The notes under the pieces were generated by a model, which saw nothing but the letters and a program-made list of their open reading frames with translations, was not told the origin of the DNA and ran no database searches. The position numbers and the translations under genes are program-made. A stretch of 64,000 nt of DNA, taken from positions 224,001 through 288,000 of the forward strand of contig CAXXFK010000010.1 of assembly GCA_963663965.2 (NCBI GenBank). The letters are read 5' to 3'. Below are positions 60,878 to 64,000 of this stretch, in pieces. Every line of letters starts with the position of its first letter. Position 1 is the stretch's first letter. The DNA comes from Sedimentisphaerales bacterium (GTDB taxonomy: Bacteria; Planctomycetota; Phycisphaerae; Sedimentisphaerales; SM23-30).

Positions 60878-61795
60878 ATGAAAAATACAGCCAAAGGACT
60901 TATATTCAGTCTCAAAAAATATGCCATCCATGATGGTCCGGGTATCCGTACAACCATATTTTTCAAAGGGTGTCCGCTCCGATGCCTCTGGTGCCATAAT
61001 CCAGAAAGCTATCTACCCCAACCAGAACTGATGGTAACTACTACCCGATGCAGCCAATGCGGCCAATGTATCAACTCATGCCCCAATACGGCCATCCATA
61101 TGTCCAATGGCCTACTATTCACCGATCCCAATACCTGTACTCATTGCGGTCAATGCGTTCAGCATTGTCCAACCCGCGCGCGCGAACTAACCGGTCATTT
61201 TGTCTCCGCGGATGAAGTGGTTGAAGAAATCGAAAAAGATCTTATCTTTTACGACTCATCGGGAGGTGGAATGACCGCATCTGGTGGCGAACCTCTCAGT
61301 CAGCCCGAATTCCTGCTGGCAGTCCTGAAAAAATGTAAAAATCGTTCGATCCACACCGTCGTCGACACTTGCTGCTTTGCTCAACGCGCCATCCTCGAAA
61401 AAGTCTCGCCTTATACCGATCTGTTTCTATGCGATCTCAAACACCTCGATAACGAAACGCATCGCCAATTGACCGGAGTTCCCAATGACCTCATTCTTAA
61501 CAATATCCGCTGGCTCTCACAGCATCATGGCAGCATCATTATCCGGTTCCCTCTCATTCCCGGTTGTAATGACGCCAACGCCAATATCGAAGCAACCGCA
61601 AGTTTCACCCGCTCCCTGCCCAATTTGAAACGGGTAGATCTGTTACAATACAACCCCGGTGGCGCTGAAAAGCAGCAACGCTTAATACATACTAATAACA
61701 GTATCAACTGTAACCAAACTCTTTCCAGTCAACGTCTCGATGAAATATCTCAGCAGTTTAAAATGAATGGAATACCCGTTACTATAGGTGGCTAA
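60878..61795 (+). CDS. Glycyl-radical enzyme activating protein (radical SAM with ferredoxin insert)
   Basis: HDGPGIRT..KGCPLRCLWCHNPE; two CxxCxxCxxxCP; SGGEP. Start taken at MKNTAK. Confidence 0.95.
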   Translation: MKNTAKGLIFSLKKYAIHDGPGIRTTIFFKGCPLRCLWCHNPESYLPQPELMVTTTRCSQCGQCINSCPNTAIHMSNGLLFTDPNTCTHCGQCVQHCPTRARELTGHFVSADEVVEEIEKDLIFYDSSGGGMTASGGEPLSQPEFLLAVLKKCKNRSIHTVVDTCCFAQRAILEKVSPYTDLFLCDLKHLDNETHRQLTGVPNDLILNNIRWLSQHHGSIIIRFPLIPGCNDANANIEATASFTRSLPNLKRVDLLQYNPGGAEKQQRLIHTNNSINCNQTLSSQRLDEISQQFKMNGIPVTIGG

Positions 61796-61800
61796 AAAGC

Positions 61801-64000
61801 ATGAATACCGCACCCTCCAACCTGTCAGATCGCGTTAACCAATTACGCCAGAAAACTCTGGATACGACCCCCTACATCTCCACGGAACGCGCCGAGTTGA
61901 TCACCCGTTTCTATCAATCCGACGTCCCCATGCAGGTCTCTACCCCGGTCTGCCGGGCGCTCGCCTTCAAATACATCATGGAAAACAAAACGATATTCAT
62001 CGACGCAGGCGAACTGATTGTCGGTGAACGCGGTCCGGCTCCTAAAGCCACACCCACTTATCCTGAACTCTGCTGTCACGACCTCGAAGACCTCCGCATC
62101 ATGAACAGCCGTGATCGCACCCGTTATCTGGTCTCTCAAGAAGTTATCAAAACCTATGAAGACCATATTATCCCATTCTGGAAAGGCAAAACCATTCGCG
62201 AAAAGATCTTCGCTGATATGACACCCGAATGGCACAAGGCTTTCAACGCCGGTGTCTTCACTGAATTCATGGAACAACGCGCCCCCGGCCATGCTATTCT
62301 CGATGACAAAATTTACATCAACGGTCTCCTGTTCTATCAAAACAAAATCGAAAAGGTCCGAGCAGCTCTCGATTTTCTCAACGATCCTCAAGCCTGGAAC
62401 AAAGACCAGGAATTACAGGCCATGGCCATCACCATCGATGCCGTCCTTATTTTTGCCCAACGCTACAGCCAGCACGCTCGCGACCTGGCCCATACCGAAG
62501 CTGATCCCGTTCGCAAACAGGAACTGCTCACTATCGCCGAGGTCTGCGCACGCGTACCGGCTCATCCCGCCGCAACATTTCATGAAGCTCTCCAATCCTA
62601 TTGGTTTATCCACCTTGGTGTCATCACCGAACTCAACACCTGGGATTCCTTTAATCCCGGCCGCCTCGACCTTAACCTGTTCCCATATTACCAAAAGCAA
62701 CTCAATGCCGGCCAGTTGACCCGTGAGCAGGCCCGCGAATTGCTGCAATGCTTCTGGATCAAATTTCACAATCATCCCGCTCCGCCCAAAGTTGGCATCA
62801 CCGAAGAACAAAGCGGCACCTATACCGACTTCGCACTGATCAACGTCGGCGGTGTCATTCCCCAGTCCGGCGCCGATGCCGTGAATGATCTGTCATATCT
62901 GATTCTCGATGTCGTCGAAGAGATGCGCCTGGTCCAGCCCAGCGCCTGTGTCCAGATCAGCGCTAAAACCCCCGAACGCTTCCTGATGCGGGTCTGTGAA
63001 GTCATTCGTACCGGCTTCGGCCAGCCTTCTGTATTTAATACCGATACCATTATCGCCGAACTCCTGCGCGCCGGCAAATCTATCATTGACGCCCGTACTG
63101 GCGGCCCAAGTGGTTGCGTTGAAATCAGCGCTTTCGGCAATGAAAGCTGCACCCTTACCGGCTATTTCAACTGGGGCAAGATCTTTGAACTGGCCTGCTA
63201 TGATGGCAAAGATCCGGTCTCTGGCGAGCAACTGGGCCCCCACACCGGCCATGCCACTGACTTCAAAACCTTTGGTAATTTCTTCAACGCGTATCGTACC
63301 CAACTCGAATACTTCGTCGACATGAAAATCAAAGGCAATAACGTCATCGAACGAATTTATGCTAATCTGATGCCATCCCCCTGGATGTCTGTCTTGGTAA
63401 ACGACTGCATCGATAAAGGGCTCGACTACCACAACGGCGGCCCTCGCTATAATGCCACCTATATCCAAGGTGTTGGACTTGGCACCATCACCAACGCCAT
63501 CTCAGCCGTCAAACATCATGTCTACGACCGAAAAACCATAACCATGTCCGAATTGCTTCAGGCACTTGAATCCAACTTTGCAAACCATGAAACCTTGCGC
63601 CAGATCCTGCTTAACGATACACCCTGCTATGGCAACGATGATGATAGCGCAGACCGGATCACCGAGCAACTCTTCGAAACCTATTTCAATGCCATCGACA
63701 ATCGGCCCAACACCAAAGGCGGCCAGTATCGCATCAACCTGCTGCCCACCACGGTTCATGTTTACTTCGGTTCGGTTTGCGGCGCACTACCCAATGGCCG
63801 CCTCGCTGGCGAACCTCTTTCCGACGGTATTTCACCTCACCAGGGTTCCGACACCAAAGGCCCCACAGCCATTGTTAAATCGGCGGCTCGCATCGATCAC
63901 ACCCGGACCGGCGGCACCCTGCTCAATATGAAATTCAATCCGCAGGTACTCGAAGGCGATAACCTCAGACACCTGGCCAGCCTGATCCGGGCCTATTTCA
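61801..64000 (+). CDS. hypD: Glycyl radical enzyme, trans-4-hydroxy-L-proline dehydratase-like (3' end off the window)
   Basis: Not in the ORF track. Open frame from ATG 61801: EFMEQRAPGH, ELNTWDSFNPGRLD, PAPPKVGIT..SGTYTDF, SGCVE, LTGYFN, LPTTVH, LSDGISP. Confidence 0.85.
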   Translation, partial: MNTAPSNLSDRVNQLRQKTLDTTPYISTERAELITRFYQSDVPMQVSTPVCRALAFKYIMENKTIFIDAGELIVGERGPAPKATPTYPELCCHDLEDLRIMNSRDRTRYLVSQEVIKTYEDHIIPFWKGKTIREKIFADMTPEWHKAFNAGVFTEFMEQRAPGHAILDDKIYINGLLFYQNKIEKVRAALDFLNDPQAWNKDQELQAMAITIDAVLIFAQRYSQHARDLAHTEADPVRKQELLTIAEVCARVPAHPAATFHEALQSYWFIHLGVITELNTWDSFNPGRLDLNLFPYYQKQLNAGQLTREQARELLQCFWIKFHNHPAPPKVGITEEQSGTYTDFALINVGGVIPQSGADAVNDLSYLILDVVEEMRLVQPSACVQISAKTPERFLMRVCEVIRTGFGQPSVFNTDTIIAELLRAGKSIIDARTGGPSGCVEISAFGNESCTLTGYFNWGKIFELACYDGKDPVSGEQLGPHTGHATDFKTFGNFFNAYRTQLEYFVDMKIKGNNVIERIYANLMPSPWMSVLVNDCIDKGLDYHNGGPRYNATYIQGVGLGTITNAISAVKHHVYDRKTITMSELLQALESNFANHETLRQILLNDTPCYGNDDDSADRITEQLFETYFNAIDNRPNTKGGQYRINLLPTTVHVYFGSVCGALPNGRLAGEPLSDGISPHQGSDTKGPTAIVKSAARIDHTRTGGTLLNMKFNPQVLEGDNLRHLASLIRAYF

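Noticed and set aside
61843..63931. Several short ORFs listed in the track
   Set aside because: All overlap the continuous glycyl radical enzyme frame starting at 61801.

Overview
Bacterial chromosomal window, most likely an anaerobic planctomycete (Phycisphaerae/Sedimentisphaerales-like). This is inferred from Ig/LamG proteins with dockerin-like tails, a PEP-CTERM protein and the gene styles. Most of it is housekeeping: rpmE-prfA, hisH, argG, pepF, mdh-nadE, ilvD, dnaG-rpoD, mnmA, pckG, rsmA, prfB with its programmed +1 frameshift, and a HypD-like glycyl radical enzyme with its activase. An accessory region at about 14.6-24.0 kb holds four notable things. (i) An AT-rich candidate defence island: a gene with seven 40-aa repeats split by an IS3 element (16878-18201, TTT target duplication), a PD-(D/E)XK-like nuclease with a Cys-rich tail, a DUF4145/HEPN-like protein and a Zn-ribbon membrane protein. 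(ii) A non-coding array of 9-10-nt-periodic motifs punctuated by a conserved 12-mer and invaded by 15-20 bp palindromic micro-elements. (iii) An orphan T6SS Hcp tube domain fused to a Sec signal peptide and a dockerin-like tail. (iv) Several REP-like palindromes. A 5'-truncated class C-like group II intron follows ilvD. Several +1 insertions, mostly in homopolymers (argG, IS3, intron), may be sequencing artefacts. No tRNA, rRNA or CRISPR array was recognised.
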